Source of the DNA: Trichosphaerium sp. ATCC 40318
Taxonomy: Eukaryota; Protista; Tubulinea
DNA: 64,000 nucleotides
Assembly (NCBI GenBank): GCA_038496445.1
Contig: JALMLS010000369.1
Span: 130,327 to 194,326 of the forward strand
Direction: 5' to 3'
A program made the position numbers and the translations under genes. The notes beneath the pieces are model-generated. The model was not told the DNA's origin. It made no database searches and was given only the letters and a program-made list of their open reading frames with translations. The first letter of the stretch is position 1, and each line of letters starts with the position of its first letter. Below are positions 11,914 through 24,673 of the stretch, one piece after another.

Positions 11914-14587
11914 TTATAAAGGATTAGGAGCATTTATCATAAGCCTTCCAAGTTGACCTATGAGAGCAGATACTGTAATTGTTACAACAACATTTTTAAG
12001 TCCAGGCGTCAACTCAAATACTGAAAGCCTTGGTGGTGGCTCTAGCGATGTCATATAGAAAACAAACTCTTGCATCAAGCTTGCAAGTTGTTTACCAGAT
12101 GTAGGCACTTCATTTCCGCTATCCCTAAAACACATAAGTGAGTTTGATAGGTGTTTGAAAGAAATGTCGTTTTCTCCACGTGGAAAAAAGAATTTACAAA
12201 AATTGCTTTGAAAAAAACCATCACGTACTCTTGCTCTAATGACTCAAGTATGAGTTCTACCTTTTTATCAAGTAATAATTCTTTATGTCTTTTAAATTCT
12301 GTACTTATACTGACACCTGATAGCATATTAGTTGGGTCTTACAAACAACAGTTATTCTCATATGTTACTTATAAATACCTAGATCAATAGCAACAAAAAT
12401 TTCTATCGAAATTACCACAAATTTAAACCAAATCATGCTCCTGTTAAGCGAGGGAAATGAGTAAGTTGCACAACCTTTTAGAAAGAAATTCCTAACCTGT
12501 AATCATCGACAATGATATCTAAAACAGAAAAAGTCAGAAAAAACTGAGAAACTTTCTGGAGAAAAGAATATACCGAACAAGAGCTCATCAATGGCTAGAA
12601 CGATCAAGCACATGGCCCATCCACCAAATTGAAAGAGGAGTACAAGAGATGCCTTGATAGCAAGGCAAAGTTAAAAATATTTATTGGTTTTCTGAAAACG
12701 TTGTCATACCTGGTTCCAATGTGGCAAAGCAGTTCTTCCAGACTGAACAGACAACTAGCAAATAAAAGTTTTAATGTTACGAAATCTTGATGTAGAAAAC
12801 AAACTGCCTGTGGAGGTAGTACTTCTCAACAAAAGTGGAAAAAAAGTACTGAAGTTGTCGTCAACAAATATCTTTCGGCTTAACGTACCAGTAGGTATTG
12901 TCTAGTCTTGTACCAAGTCACAAGACCTTCCCATGTATCTATATTTAAAAACCTTCCATAATCGCACCTACAAGATTTAGGAGTCTTTAATACTACAACA
13001 TTGAAAAAGATTTGTGCGTACTTAATATTCGACGAGTTTTCTGCTGTTACTAAAATAGCTTTTGTGTACTTTACAACAATACGTCTGATTTCAACGATAC
13101 TTGCCATCAAACCTTTACCAAAGAAAAAAGTTAGCTTGTCTTAAATCAAAGAAACACTGGTTTTTTAGATGATAACATTCTAAATTTAGCGTTGCATGTA
13201 CCGAGCCAAAGCCAGCTCTCTATGAATGCAATATAGAAAATGAATAGTCTGTCTATTACCAATTTGACAGTGTCATGGCCTGTAATCCGGAATCCAAAAG
13301 GTATTGTAAAAAGCGGAACAACCTGTAGAGATAAAAAATCAAAGATGTGTATTAATGTTTTACCTTGTAACCAGGTACTGCTGCGATGAGCCCAGCTCCA
13401 ACACAGAATAAAACAGATAAAGTCATCCAATACCAGCTTAAATGTGTACTTGCTGATTTCATCACCTATAAAGCACGCTCAGATAAAGAATATGTAAAAT
13501 GTTGTTTGAAACCTTCAATATTGGAAAGTCTTTTAGAAGATCTTCTTCAGGAATAAGCTATAATAAGAATTATGTTAATTATAGATTTAGAACATCAGTC
13601 ACACGTGCATCTTCATGAAGCGTCTCCCAAAAATTAATAGCAGCTTCGCGTTGGGCAGCACTCTGAAGTAAATCCTCAAGTTCGCCTAGAACGTCACGTG
13701 TTACAACCTTAACATTGAAAGTCAGATACACAAAACGGAAAAACCGATCAATTACTGTATGTCTATTATTCAAGTCAGTACTGAACACCAAAATAAGTCC
13801 AACCTCTCCGATCGTGTACATGTAACTAACAACAAAAAAGTAAGCTGGTTTTTAATTTTTTTTCTACTTGCAAAACAAAGCTTTCTCGTGGTACTACACC
13901 CCAAACAAGGATAACAACAGACATTAGAGATAAAGGACTAATAAATATTTAGTATACACATACATTGTAATTGCACATACAATGTTAGTAGACCAAGTAT
14001 CATTGTGTATTTTAAATGTTTTTCGCGATAGTAATCTATACAACAAATATATAACCCATAAAAGAATATGAATAAAGTCCAAAGAAACGGCACAGTAGCT
14101 CCTGGGAAAACAATAAGTAACACATGGTATACATGTCAAATATTGGCGTACCTATGACCAACATAACAGAGAACCTGGCTATATTCCATGCCCACGCAGC
14201 TAAAAATTTCTGTCAACTAAAAAAACAAGCTCTGAATACGATTTCATTACGCACTATGTGTTTGGGTTGGCCTGATAGTAGGCATAGAGACCTTAGAAAG
14301 ACAATATCACAATGACATTAGAAATAACTATAAATTCGTACCCTTAGCCCTGTTTGTCGCTCCTTGGGCGCTCTATCAACCAATCTAAAATCACGTGACC
14401 TAAAACGTGTACATCAGAACAATATCTCCTGAGATTATATGTGGAAAGCGTACCACACCCTTTTGGTCATTTGGCGAACTAATGGAGTCTTTTCATCAAG
14501 TTCTACGTACTCACTACCATAGCAATCACAATATTAACGGTTAGGGTGTAAATACATATTAGCGTACGGTTTACTGCCTCTTTCCAT
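11914..14587 (-). CDS. Multi-pass membrane protein, PHTF-like
   Basis: About 7 hydrophobic segments. FLNIDTWEGLVTWYKTRQYLL and the C-terminal LEPPPRLSVFELTPGLKNVVVTITVSALIGQL resemble PHTF C-terminal motifs (recalled similarity, not searched). Confidence 0.5.
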
Positions 14588-14590
14588 TAT

Positions 14591-15660
14591 CTAATAAACC
14601 GTGAGAGATAAGGTTGCGTAGGTTAAGTACAAGTAATAATTCTCGGGGCTTGTGCCGACTTTACCGTGTTTGACTATAACAAAAGGCGTGATTCTAGGAT
14701 GATACGCCACTAGTGACTTCTGTTCATGCTTGTACTTGCGGTTGTACTTGTGAACTAGCATTTTGAAAAAGGCCTGAAATAGTTTGTTTAATACACTGAT
14801 TGGCCTTTGACTTTTATTTCGCGTGAGTAGTACGGGTAGAACTCGGATAAGTTGCCTTGAGAAAAAACCGCTTGAGGTGCCAGAAAGGTAAATGGTATGA
14901 ACCCCCTCAAGTACTTTAATGCTGCTATCAGTCACTGCTGGCATGTCTAAAACGCTTATAGTATGAACTCCCTTTAGCGACTTGATGCCATCATCCTTCA
15001 CGTTTGAACCAGATAGATAAATAGCATGAACACCAGCAAGGGCTTTGATACCTTCGTTTGTCACGTTTTTACAATTGCACTACGTTTATCTCATAGACAC
15101 CCGCAAGTGCTTTGATTCCAGCATTGATACTGACGTTCTAGTAAGGTTTATTGTATGAACACCGCTCAACGCCTTAATACCTTCATCTGTCACATGTGTA
15201 CATCTGTTAAAGTTAATGGAAAGAACTCCAGCCAGCGCTTTGAGATCATTATCATTGATAGCACTACTTTTCATCCACAAGGCAGTTGTGCGTCTAGTAA
15301 AGTCTGTATCAATATTTCGACATCCGGATAGCAACGAAAACAAGGTATTATTTTCTACATTAACAACAATAGCAGTGTTGTTCATGATACCTTTGTACTG
15401 TCTTATTTGTATGATATCTGTAATGTCATAGATGTATATCTTTTTGTATCCAACCACTTGGTGGATGATTGAATCTAGATTTTGCATTTGTATGCTTTAG
15501 AATGGTTGCAATAACCTCTGGAGGAAAATCATGTCCACCACTTTGTTTGTCAATTGCTGCCTTCTATATTTAGCCTTCAGAAAATTAAGATCTACAAGGT
15601 TTGTGCACGTACTGTTTTGTTTGCTTGGATTTGGGTAACTTTAACTGTTTATTACTCCAT
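14591..15660 (-). pseudogene. F-box-like + LRR gene with frameshifts
   Basis: LRR units (VTDEGIKALSGVHTINL) repeat about 6 times. F-box-like DFPPEVIATILKH is out of frame with the LRRs, and there is a compensating pair of frameshifts near 15080-15125. Confidence 0.6.
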
Positions 15661-15900
15661 AGTTGACAAATAACAAGAGATGTTGCGATTATGTAGAGAA
15701 AGGCATTTGCAATAGCCGATTATACTAAAAATTTGTGGCTCCACATCCCTTATTGTAAATACGTACTTCACATGTGCTGTACATCAATGGATTGAAAGGT
15801 ATTTGGGAATCTAAGATAGACTTTTCCGAAGGATTTTGTGTCGCTTGACTGTTGTTGAACTCGAAACGTGCCCATAATTCATTAACTGATTTCACAAAGC

Positions 15901-16197
15901 ATGGGAGAGGCTAAGGAGATAACATTTAACGATTTACTATGCCCTTTAAACAAAAGCTTTGATTCTGCTGGTCTAAACAGCTCATACGCTCTTGGATGGC
16001 AACGTGCCCATTACGACCTTGCGAAACATATTGATAATAACGACGCCAACGGAATTATATCATCACCGCAACCAAAATGCTCTGGACACTTTCATAAGGG
16101 TTGGAGCATGTCTAACGAATCTTGGCTTAGAGGGTGGAATGATTGTAAGACTAAAATGCTCTTGTACGTGATGCAAAGGAGAAATACCCCATTGTAA
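15901..16197 (+). CDS. Hypothetical 98-aa intronless protein
   Basis: ATG-initiated ORF followed by AATAAA. Has repeated GW motifs (LGWQRAH, KGWSM, RGWNDC). Confidence 0.4.
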   Translation: MGEAKEITFNDLLCPLNKSFDSAGLNSSYALGWQRAHYDLAKHIDNNDANGIISSPQPKCSGHFHKGWSMSNESWLRGWNDCKTKMLLYVMQRRNTPL

Positions 16198-16504
16198 CAA
16201 AATTAATAAATACTACGTGTCAACAGGCAAAGGAACACGTGGTAAAGATAGTTTTCCGTGAAAAGTAGTTTGGCCTAAACGGTGAAAGTATTTTAACTTT
16301 CTATTATTTTATCAACCCACATGGTTTGGTAAGTAAGTTGCCCACTTGCGTACCGTCGCATTAGACTCTACCGAACTCCAACAAGGAGTGTGTTAATACA
16401 CTTTTGGCATAGTGGTTTATAAGATGCGACAGTACCACATACGTATTGAGTGTGGAAAGTTCCTTTTTGGATTTATTATTGTCACAAGTTCGTTTGGAAG
16501 AAAA

Positions 16505-18531
16505 TTAACAAGAGATTGATAGCGCCAAACTTATTGGTACAATGTTTCCTTCAGCATCCTCAAAAGCCACTTGAACAGCTTCAGTATTTATATAATGTGA
16601 GTCACGTGAAGGGTATAAAGGGTAGGGTGTAGCACTCTTTAGATAAATACCATCTATAGACCATGACAGTTTAATAGATGTTCTACAAAACCCAAAGTTA
16701 ACACAAGACGCACAAGAAGAAGACTAAAACCAAAAGAAAAAAAAAAAGGAGAAAAAAAAAACCCAAATCAAACTCACCGAAAAATCTCATTGATTCCAAA
16801 CCAAAACCGAAGTTCTGTCTCTTCATCTCTTAATGTGGGCATAACACTACTAGATGAAATTGTTAGCAACAGGGTGATTTAATCATATTTGTTTTAATCA
16901 CGTGCCAATGAAGACCACCAAAATAGAATTCAAAACATTTCCTTTCTTTTACGTCTTGTTTAGTAATTTCCTAAAAAAGATCATTTAGTTAGCAACCACT
17001 GCACAAATATAATATAGATTATCTATTACTAGTTGTTTACGTACAAATGTTCGTGAAAATTTATCGGGAACTTTAACATTTTTCTGTTTATTTCTTCTAT
17101 GATTAAAGACGCTCTACGAAGATCATTAGAATACCGGCTCTCATTTTTTTCTCAGTGCAAAAACAAATGTTTGTAGACCAAACTACACGTACCTTTAACG
17201 CTTGAGCTGATAAATCACAAAAAAATCTTGGCATCAAGCTACAATGTCATTAGATCAAGGAATGTTGCTTTGGTAATTGACAAAGGTTCTAACGGTTTTT
17301 TTGAATCTCTTCATACCGTTGACAAATCTTGGAACAAGGTAACTTTGGTGTTGGTATATATGTTTCGTCTTTTTCTTCAAGGTAAGGTACCCACCAGTAG
17401 GGAGCTTTTGAATCCAGTTGCCAGAGATACCTAAAGTTGTAATGAGTTTGAAAAAAACGAAAAAACACAGCTGGTGATAGATCGTAACGCTGTGTCTACT
17501 TACTGTGAAAAAGCTGGAGGTAAGTATTCTATAATTTTATCCATAAGATCTTGATCTCCTGAGATATCTAAAAAGGTGTTCATTCAACAACAAGAAAGAA
17601 AGGAACGCTTTTTGAAATGAAACATACGTGCTAATATAAAGCAATCAGCACTTGAAGTTACAAGTTCTCTTTCTGTCAGGTATGAGCACCATATCTGTCT
17701 ACATACTTCTTGTGGTAAACGTGATAAAGGTAAATCATCATCAAAGAGAGCTTGAGTAATAAAGTTTGCTGTAGAATGAAACAACTTTAAAAACTTGAAA
17801 TAAAAAAAAGAGGAATCCAAGACCTCCACTTCACCCCAATCCAATATATGCCATGATAATACTGATAAGAAATTACGCTTTCTTTTTGTTCTACGTAACA
17901 TTTGATAAACCAACTGAGCTTGAAGTTTTTGCTCTAATACCTAAAAATCACGTGTTAAAAAAATGAGGTATTTCTGAAAAAAACAATAAAAATAATCTGT
18001 TCGAAAAAAGAAGACCTAGAAGACCTCTTCCTACCTGACCAAGCTTTGATACGACGCTATGGAGTGTCTTAATGTCTGACGAAGATTCTCTTATATCAGA
18101 TGCATCAACAACATGTTGTACAGCCTTTTCTCTATCAAGAGCTGACATTATTTCAAGGAAAATTACTGCAGCGTCCACTGACTCTTGCTCCATTAACTCA
18201 TAATGGAAATCGTTATCTAATGATTCTTTCATTCCATTTGTAAATGCTTTTTCAAAATACGCGCAACGAGCAAGAAGAAGCTTAGAAGAGCGTATAGAAG
18301 CTGCAGTTTCAGTTAATGGAAAGACGAAATAACTTGAGTGCTTTGCAGACCTTGTGGTACTGATTTTTCTTCTACGATGATGTTTACGTCGCCCAACTCC
18401 ATCAAGTGACTGAATGACTCATTTCCAAGCAGTCTAAGCTTTCTTTTCGGAATCTTGATAGAAGACTCCTTTTCTGCATTCGCTTGCTCTTCACAGCGTG
18501 ACGCTGCATTTTCTACTGGTTTTGACGCCAT
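16505..18531 (-). CDS. BTB/POZ-domain protein
   Basis: GDVNIIVE...IRSSKLLLARCAYFEKAFTNGMKES is a BTB signature. The 3' end is approximate. Confidence 0.75.
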
Positions 18532-18745
18532 GCCTTGAATTCTACAAGCGTACTATGTTATCTACACCCTGTATTAGCTTATGGGTTGTACTATTGTACA
18601 GTACAATAAATACCAATAACGTTGTTGAGTCTGTTTTGGCGTAATTTGTAGCAAGACGCCTCCAACAGAATAATCGACGTATGCCGCTTTGTACCAAAAA
18701 ACAATTGTTGGCGCTCAAAGAAGGTCAACTGACTTAAACGTCGCA

Positions 18746-21156
18746 ATGAGGTTAAAACGCCTTGCGCAAGCTCTTGCCAAGAGTGAAGGAACAGGTAATA
18801 AGCTAGCGAGCGATAACAATTTTTGTAACTGTAATAGAGCATAAAAATCGCACTTTGCACGCGCCGCGAGGATATTGGGATGATGTAAACAATCAACGTG
18901 AATATTTCGATAACCTGGCGAGAAAACTTGGCGTAAGCGTATCAGAACTCCTTAAAAACATCACTTCAAAGGATTTAAGGAAGCTTGGCGGCACAAGCAT
19001 TTTGAAAAGGTGACACCTGCATAAAATAATTGTAGAATGACACTTACAAGGTATAATTCTGTGGGCAAAGCGGCCAGGGCCATTTACAACGAGAAAACTT
19101 GGAATCCAAACGAATTTCTGTGCGGGTACCATAGGTTAACACTACGCTGACACTTCACTTAGATGTGCCCCTATGGGTTACTGGGATGATTTGAATAACC
19201 AAAAGAAACAGTTTGATGCTATTGGAATGGAACTAGATGTTATGGAACTAAGAGACTGGTACAGCATTTCTCCGTCCCAGATAAACAATTTGGGCGGTAA
19301 GTCTATACTATCCAAGTACTTGTAATCATCCTGCATCCGTATTCTTACTGGTAATCATCTAGATACAATAACTCTGTACCCAAAGCTTTGGGCAACATTT
19401 ACCCATCGTTTAGATGGCATAAGATACTGTTTGAGATGAGTAAAAACAAAAACAAAGGAATACCATACCTTCTAAAATCAACAATAAGACGTAATCCTAA
19501 TCGCCCAAATACAAGACCACAAAGAGAAAAAATTTCAATTATAAGCCAAGCCCTTGATATCAAGAGTTTATCAGAGTGGTATAACGTACCAATAGCAGAA
19601 GTTGTAAGATTAGGAGGCGCTTGGGTACTCAAAAAGTACGTCCAAATATACAAGACTTGATTTGCTTCGTTTTTATGTTTAACTCACTTAGACATGACAA
19701 TTCACTACCAATGACACTGAAAGAACTATACCCTGACTATCCTTGGATAGTTAACGCGTTCAGAAATGAAGCTGTGCATAAGGGACTATCACGGCTTCGT
19801 GGAAGGTTCGAAAGCGTTGGAGAAGCACTACAGATTAAGGAATTGAGCGAATGGTATTATATTACCAAAAATAAAATCATACAAAAAGGTGGAGCAATTC
19901 TCTTTAACAAGTAAGTAACGAATCAACTATAATACTTTCTAACTCATCCTCTAAGACCTTATTTCTTGAACCCTGAAGCTACATTAGCGGTACCACAACC
20001 CAAGCAGTACGTAGTGTAGACAAGCGAGTTGTTACAGAAGCCTTAACTATTTTTTGTTTTAGAGTTAACGAGACCCTACACACAGCTTTATCCCTCTGCT
20101 ATCCAGACTATGATTGGCAAGAGAAACTTTTCAGGTATTGATTATACATGCATAGCCAATAATCGTTGTTTAACTTTACCTGCAGAAGACTTCAGTTACC
20201 TATTGATCGTACAAAGTCATGGACAGTTAGATTTTTAAAACAAGCTGAAAAGAAATTGAACATCTCACATCCTACCTTCTGGTAAGCTTAACGTCTAAGC
20301 ATAAGATATTTAACCCGATAATACTAGGTATCGTGTATCATGTGCGCAGCTATCACAAGTTGGTGGTTACAGTTTACTTAAAACCCTCCCAAATGCATTA
20401 AAGTCAATTTATCCAACTTTTAACTGGGACAAGTCCTTGTTTCCTATGGTCAAGAAAAAATCTATACAAGGGTACCATACTATAGTTAATTTATTTTTTG
20501 ATTCAATACAAAATAAGGACGCCTTCCTGGCTGTACTTTATCTAGAAACCAACACACTCATTTTTCTCGTTTTTTTCTTGTTTCAATTTGAGTTGATTTT
20601 TTGTTCTAATATTTATTGTAGAGTTTTATTGCATTGTATCAAAGAGTTATTTCCCGGAAGAACAGTGTTTGAAGAATACAGGACAGGCCTAAGGTATAAA
20701 AGCTCTGAAGAATGGATTGATTTGGACATTTTTGTTCCAAGTTTAAACCTTGCACTGGAGTATAACGGTGAGCATCACTATACCGATAATAGAAGATTAT
20801 TTGGTCCTTCTATATTACAAGAGAAAAGAGACTTATGGAAACTCGAAAGATGTCGAGAAAATGGTACTACCAATCTGTTCTACAGTTATTTACCACTATC
20901 ACTTTTCTGCTACTCATGATGGCTAACTTACTGATAACTCCTAGGAATTACTATCATTCCAATACCTTATTGGTGGAAATACGATATGCAGTCCCTAGTA
21001 GCAACTATAAAGCACTACAGGTAGAATTTATCTCAATTTTAAAATTTTTGTTGGAAGCTAACTTTTCCAAGGCCTGATATTGTTATGCGTGTTCCAGATG
21101 AAAATTACCCACCTCTCCTATCTAGAGATAACAATTCACCGTTAAAGTGCGATTAA
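18746..21156 (+). CDS. Trp/Tyr-rich repeat protein (5 repeats) with C-terminal PD-(D/E)XK/RAP-like domain
   Basis: Repeats APRGYWDDVNNQREYFD, LRDWYSI..GG..IL and YPDYPW. C-terminus LDIFVPSLNLALEYNGEHHY...RDLWKLERCRENGITIIPIPYWW. Start codon inferred. Confidence 0.8.
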
Positions 21157-21904
21157 GTGGTTTCACTAGCATACTAAAGCGTACTAGGGACAAATTTGCA
21201 ATACCATTCTCTGTGCCCGTGATGTAACAACTAGTTCAAGCTTGCTCAGAGTTTTACACTTATAGATTGGCATGATGAAAGAAGTACTCGATAAGAGATG
21301 TGCACATGGGTAAGTTTCATGCCAAATCACCAAGAAACCTTGCCCATGCTTTGTTTGTGATAACTCATTGTTTAGAGCCAAGATGGAAGTCTGGTGATAA
21401 ACTTCAATAGACTTGGATAACCGCACTAAGAGGTTTGGGTTGAATGGCAAAGACTAGGTAAACATTTTCAAATTCTATTTTCGCTAATTCCCTATCAATA
21501 TAAGAGGATTTGATGTTAAATGGAGAAATACCGGTATTTCTTTGGTTACAGAATGTAAGGTGAACTTTGAAAATACCAAATTCAAGTATGATCCTTCAAA
21601 AGGCTACACAGCATGTAATAATGCGCCCGTAAAGGTTATGTCAAGCGGGAGTTGGTAAGGAACTAATGAATATCCGCTGTTATTGGGAGCCTCTCCAAAA
21701 TAAAAATATCAAACGTTGACTTTAATGACACAGATAGCATCTGCTTTTTACTTCAGTCTGGTCAAATTAAGTAACATCACGTAAGTGTTTGTATCAGTAT
21801 ATTTTCTTTGCTTGGTGGTGACGAACTAGTCATATTAACGAGACAAGCTAAAAGAGGTACCTCAAAAAGCCTAAAAAAAAAGGGCTAACTTGTTAAATAC
21901 TTGT

Positions 21905-24366
21905 TTATTCACCAACTTGAAACTCGTTCAGGTCCTTTAGAGTACTCTCTAGATCAAAAGAATTAACAGGAAGATCCATCATGTCAGCCAACTTATCCAG
22001 AGGTGTCACTTTCCTAAACGAACAACATTAGCAAAAGTATAACTTTAGAAAAAGAAAGCCTACTTTTCATCATCTTGCTTAACAGGTTCAGGCTCTGACG
22101 TATTATCAGAAAAGGAAAAGTTTGATAGATCTCCAATATCTCCTAACCCACTAACCAAGTCTAGAAACTAATTACAAAGAGTATATTTAACACAGCGAAT
22201 ATACCTGCTATTTCAATGATGCCTATATGAAGGTTTAGTTTTTTTATACACAAGATTTTATTTCCATACCTGATTCAGTTAATTCAAGCTCTGCACACGT
22301 ATCCGCGTCAACAGTAAAAGAACTAGAACGGCCTCTTACAGTAAGTGAATTCGACCTACTTCGAGACACGCTCGAGCTTGTTGCGCCATAGTCTAGGAAA
22401 GTGCCTTTGATGATAAGCTCCTTGACAAACAATATTAGAATCATTCTGACACGTTTGAACAAGCTCATACTTTTATGTTAGACAAATTAGTTGCTAGCCA
22501 CTCGTCAGGGCTCGACACAGGTACAACAAGTGAACCAGATTTACAAGCTTTAATGACAGCCTAATGCAGATTTGGTTTTAGTTGCGCTGTAAATCTTATA
22601 AATCTAACATGCCTCTATCATAGTGCCTATGGGAGAATTACCGTATTCTTCTTCAGAACCTTTAAGGTTATAGTATAATTCAGTCGCTAGTTCCAAGTCT
22701 GGCTATTGGTCACAAAGAAATTAGGTGCCACTCGATGTATTGATAAATTCAGGAACAGAGCTTTCTTGGTTGCTGTGACGTACGATTTGTATAATACATA
22801 AGATAGATTTAGAAAGGTGTATCCACTTGTTATCTTCTTCTTCTAAAAAAGAAAAGGATGAATAAAAACAAGTTGTTAGATTGTTTATACCTTTAGCCAA
22901 TATTTTAAATGCTTCGCTTCGTGCTATCCACGTATTTCTTACAATTGACGCATTAGCCATAGACGCTACTCTACCTCTTGGAGCCTTTATTTTGTATTGG
23001 TTAACTAATGAAGTATGTACTGTGACGTACTTCCGAGGCAACTTCTAAAGAAGTGTCAATACCGGTTGATACTACTTCTAGATTGTGGTAAAGCTTCTTC
23101 AGTGATCGCTTGACCCATTTATCTCTGACGTCATTGGAGCACTGTTTATTTAAAGTATTAATTGACTTTGCATCTAGAGACATACAAGCTTCAATCAACG
23201 ACTAATAACATTAAGAAAAACCTTTGAAGTGAAAGAAAAGATGAAAAAAAACAAGAACGGAAAACTACTTACTTTTGCGAACTTCTGCTGTAACGACGAC
23301 TCGAAACTTGATCCAACAGCTTTTGAAAACCGTTCGCAACATTCACCAGCACGTATAAAACAAGGTAACTTGAGTTCCTAAAAAGAATAAAAAGTCAGAA
23401 CAAAAACGCAGTTTGAATGCACGTGCCAGTAATAGACATATTATTGCCTTCAAATAAAGAAGATTTGCCTTGAAACTAAACTTTTGTTCAACTAGTAATA
23501 TATCGGTATTAGAAAGTAGTTACGTGATGATAAAAACTAAAGAAGCAAGTAGAAAAAAACCAAACTATGGTTTCTTAAATTATTCCTCTTTTACGACTTA
23601 CTTTGTTTAAGAGCTTGCTCTTCGAATACCTTTGCTGCCAATTTATACTTTTTCATCGTAGGCAGACAACAAAGATGTGATAAGTTCCTTAAACACTCTG
23701 AAGCTTCAAAATGACATCCAGCTTTTTTAAATAACTCCAAAGAAGCTTTAAACAATTCAATAGCTTCATCAGCTTCAAACCCAAGAAACATATTCGCTGC
23801 ACAAAAATTGAACTTTGCAGCAAGTTTTGTGTTCCTCCCTACATCCTTAAATACCCGTAACCTTTTTAAAAAAACGCACTACGCTATTGTATACTTACTA
23901 TCAAGCCCAGCAGCCGCCTTACGGTATTGTTGAACATAACCTTTAATATTCTCTAAAAATCCGTTGAGGAATTTCTTAGCGTCCTTTGAAGCATGTGCGT
24001 ACCCCATGTTGCTGTATGGGTCTTTAGAAACAGTGCATGTTCAAGGAATGTGTCGGCAATATCGGCAGAGCTATGTACAGCGTGTGTATGGCAAGTAACC
24101 ATCTCCTTTACACATTTATTAACCATATCGGCTTTATAAAGAATATTAAGGGTTAAAGTCTTTTAAATAACAATTTAATTGCGTCACTTACTGTTTTTAG
24201 CTTTTAAGAACGCCTCAGCTGCACTTTTAAAGTGTTTTGCTGCTTGTTCATTCTGGATCCTATTCTTTGCCATAAACTTGGATACACCGCTTCCCATTAG
24301 CATTCTCTTTCTCTCTAATGCGATTTTGCGCCATTCTTCCCCTATTTGATCCCAACCACTACTCAT
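21905..24366 (-). CDS. Divergent SNAP (NSF attachment protein)-like helical protein with C-terminal extension
   Basis: NEQAAKHFKSAAEAFLKAKN, KYKLAAKVFEEQA, FKANLLYLKAIICLL and LIEACMSLD resemble alpha-SNAP. Confidence 0.55.
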
Positions 24367-24673
24367 AGAGGTATATTAAGTAAAACGTAAATCACGTGCG
24401 CGTGGATTACATCAATGGTTGTGTACAACAGTTTTTTATTTGGCGGTTAAGCGCTTTTTGCCTGTGAACTGTAGAACGTTATCACGTTCCCATTTTATTG
24501 TCTCGAAGTAGAGACCTTTGAAGACAACGACGGGTAAACTAAAGGAGCACAACCAATGTTTCATTTTTGGGTGTCAAAACCTGAGACAGCCAAAACCTAT
24601 TTTAAACGAAAAAGTTTTGTTTTCTTCAACCACAGTGGAATCTATTAAAAATTTACTATTTGGTTCTCAAACC

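Noticed and set aside
16720-16770. A-rich run as a retroposon poly(A) tail
   Set aside because: It is the T-rich interior of a minus-strand intron of the BTB gene.
21184-21800. Possible small gene between the repeat-nuclease and SNAP-like genes
   Set aside because: Plus-strand exon-like pieces contain stops in every frame I tried, and there is no recognisable motif.
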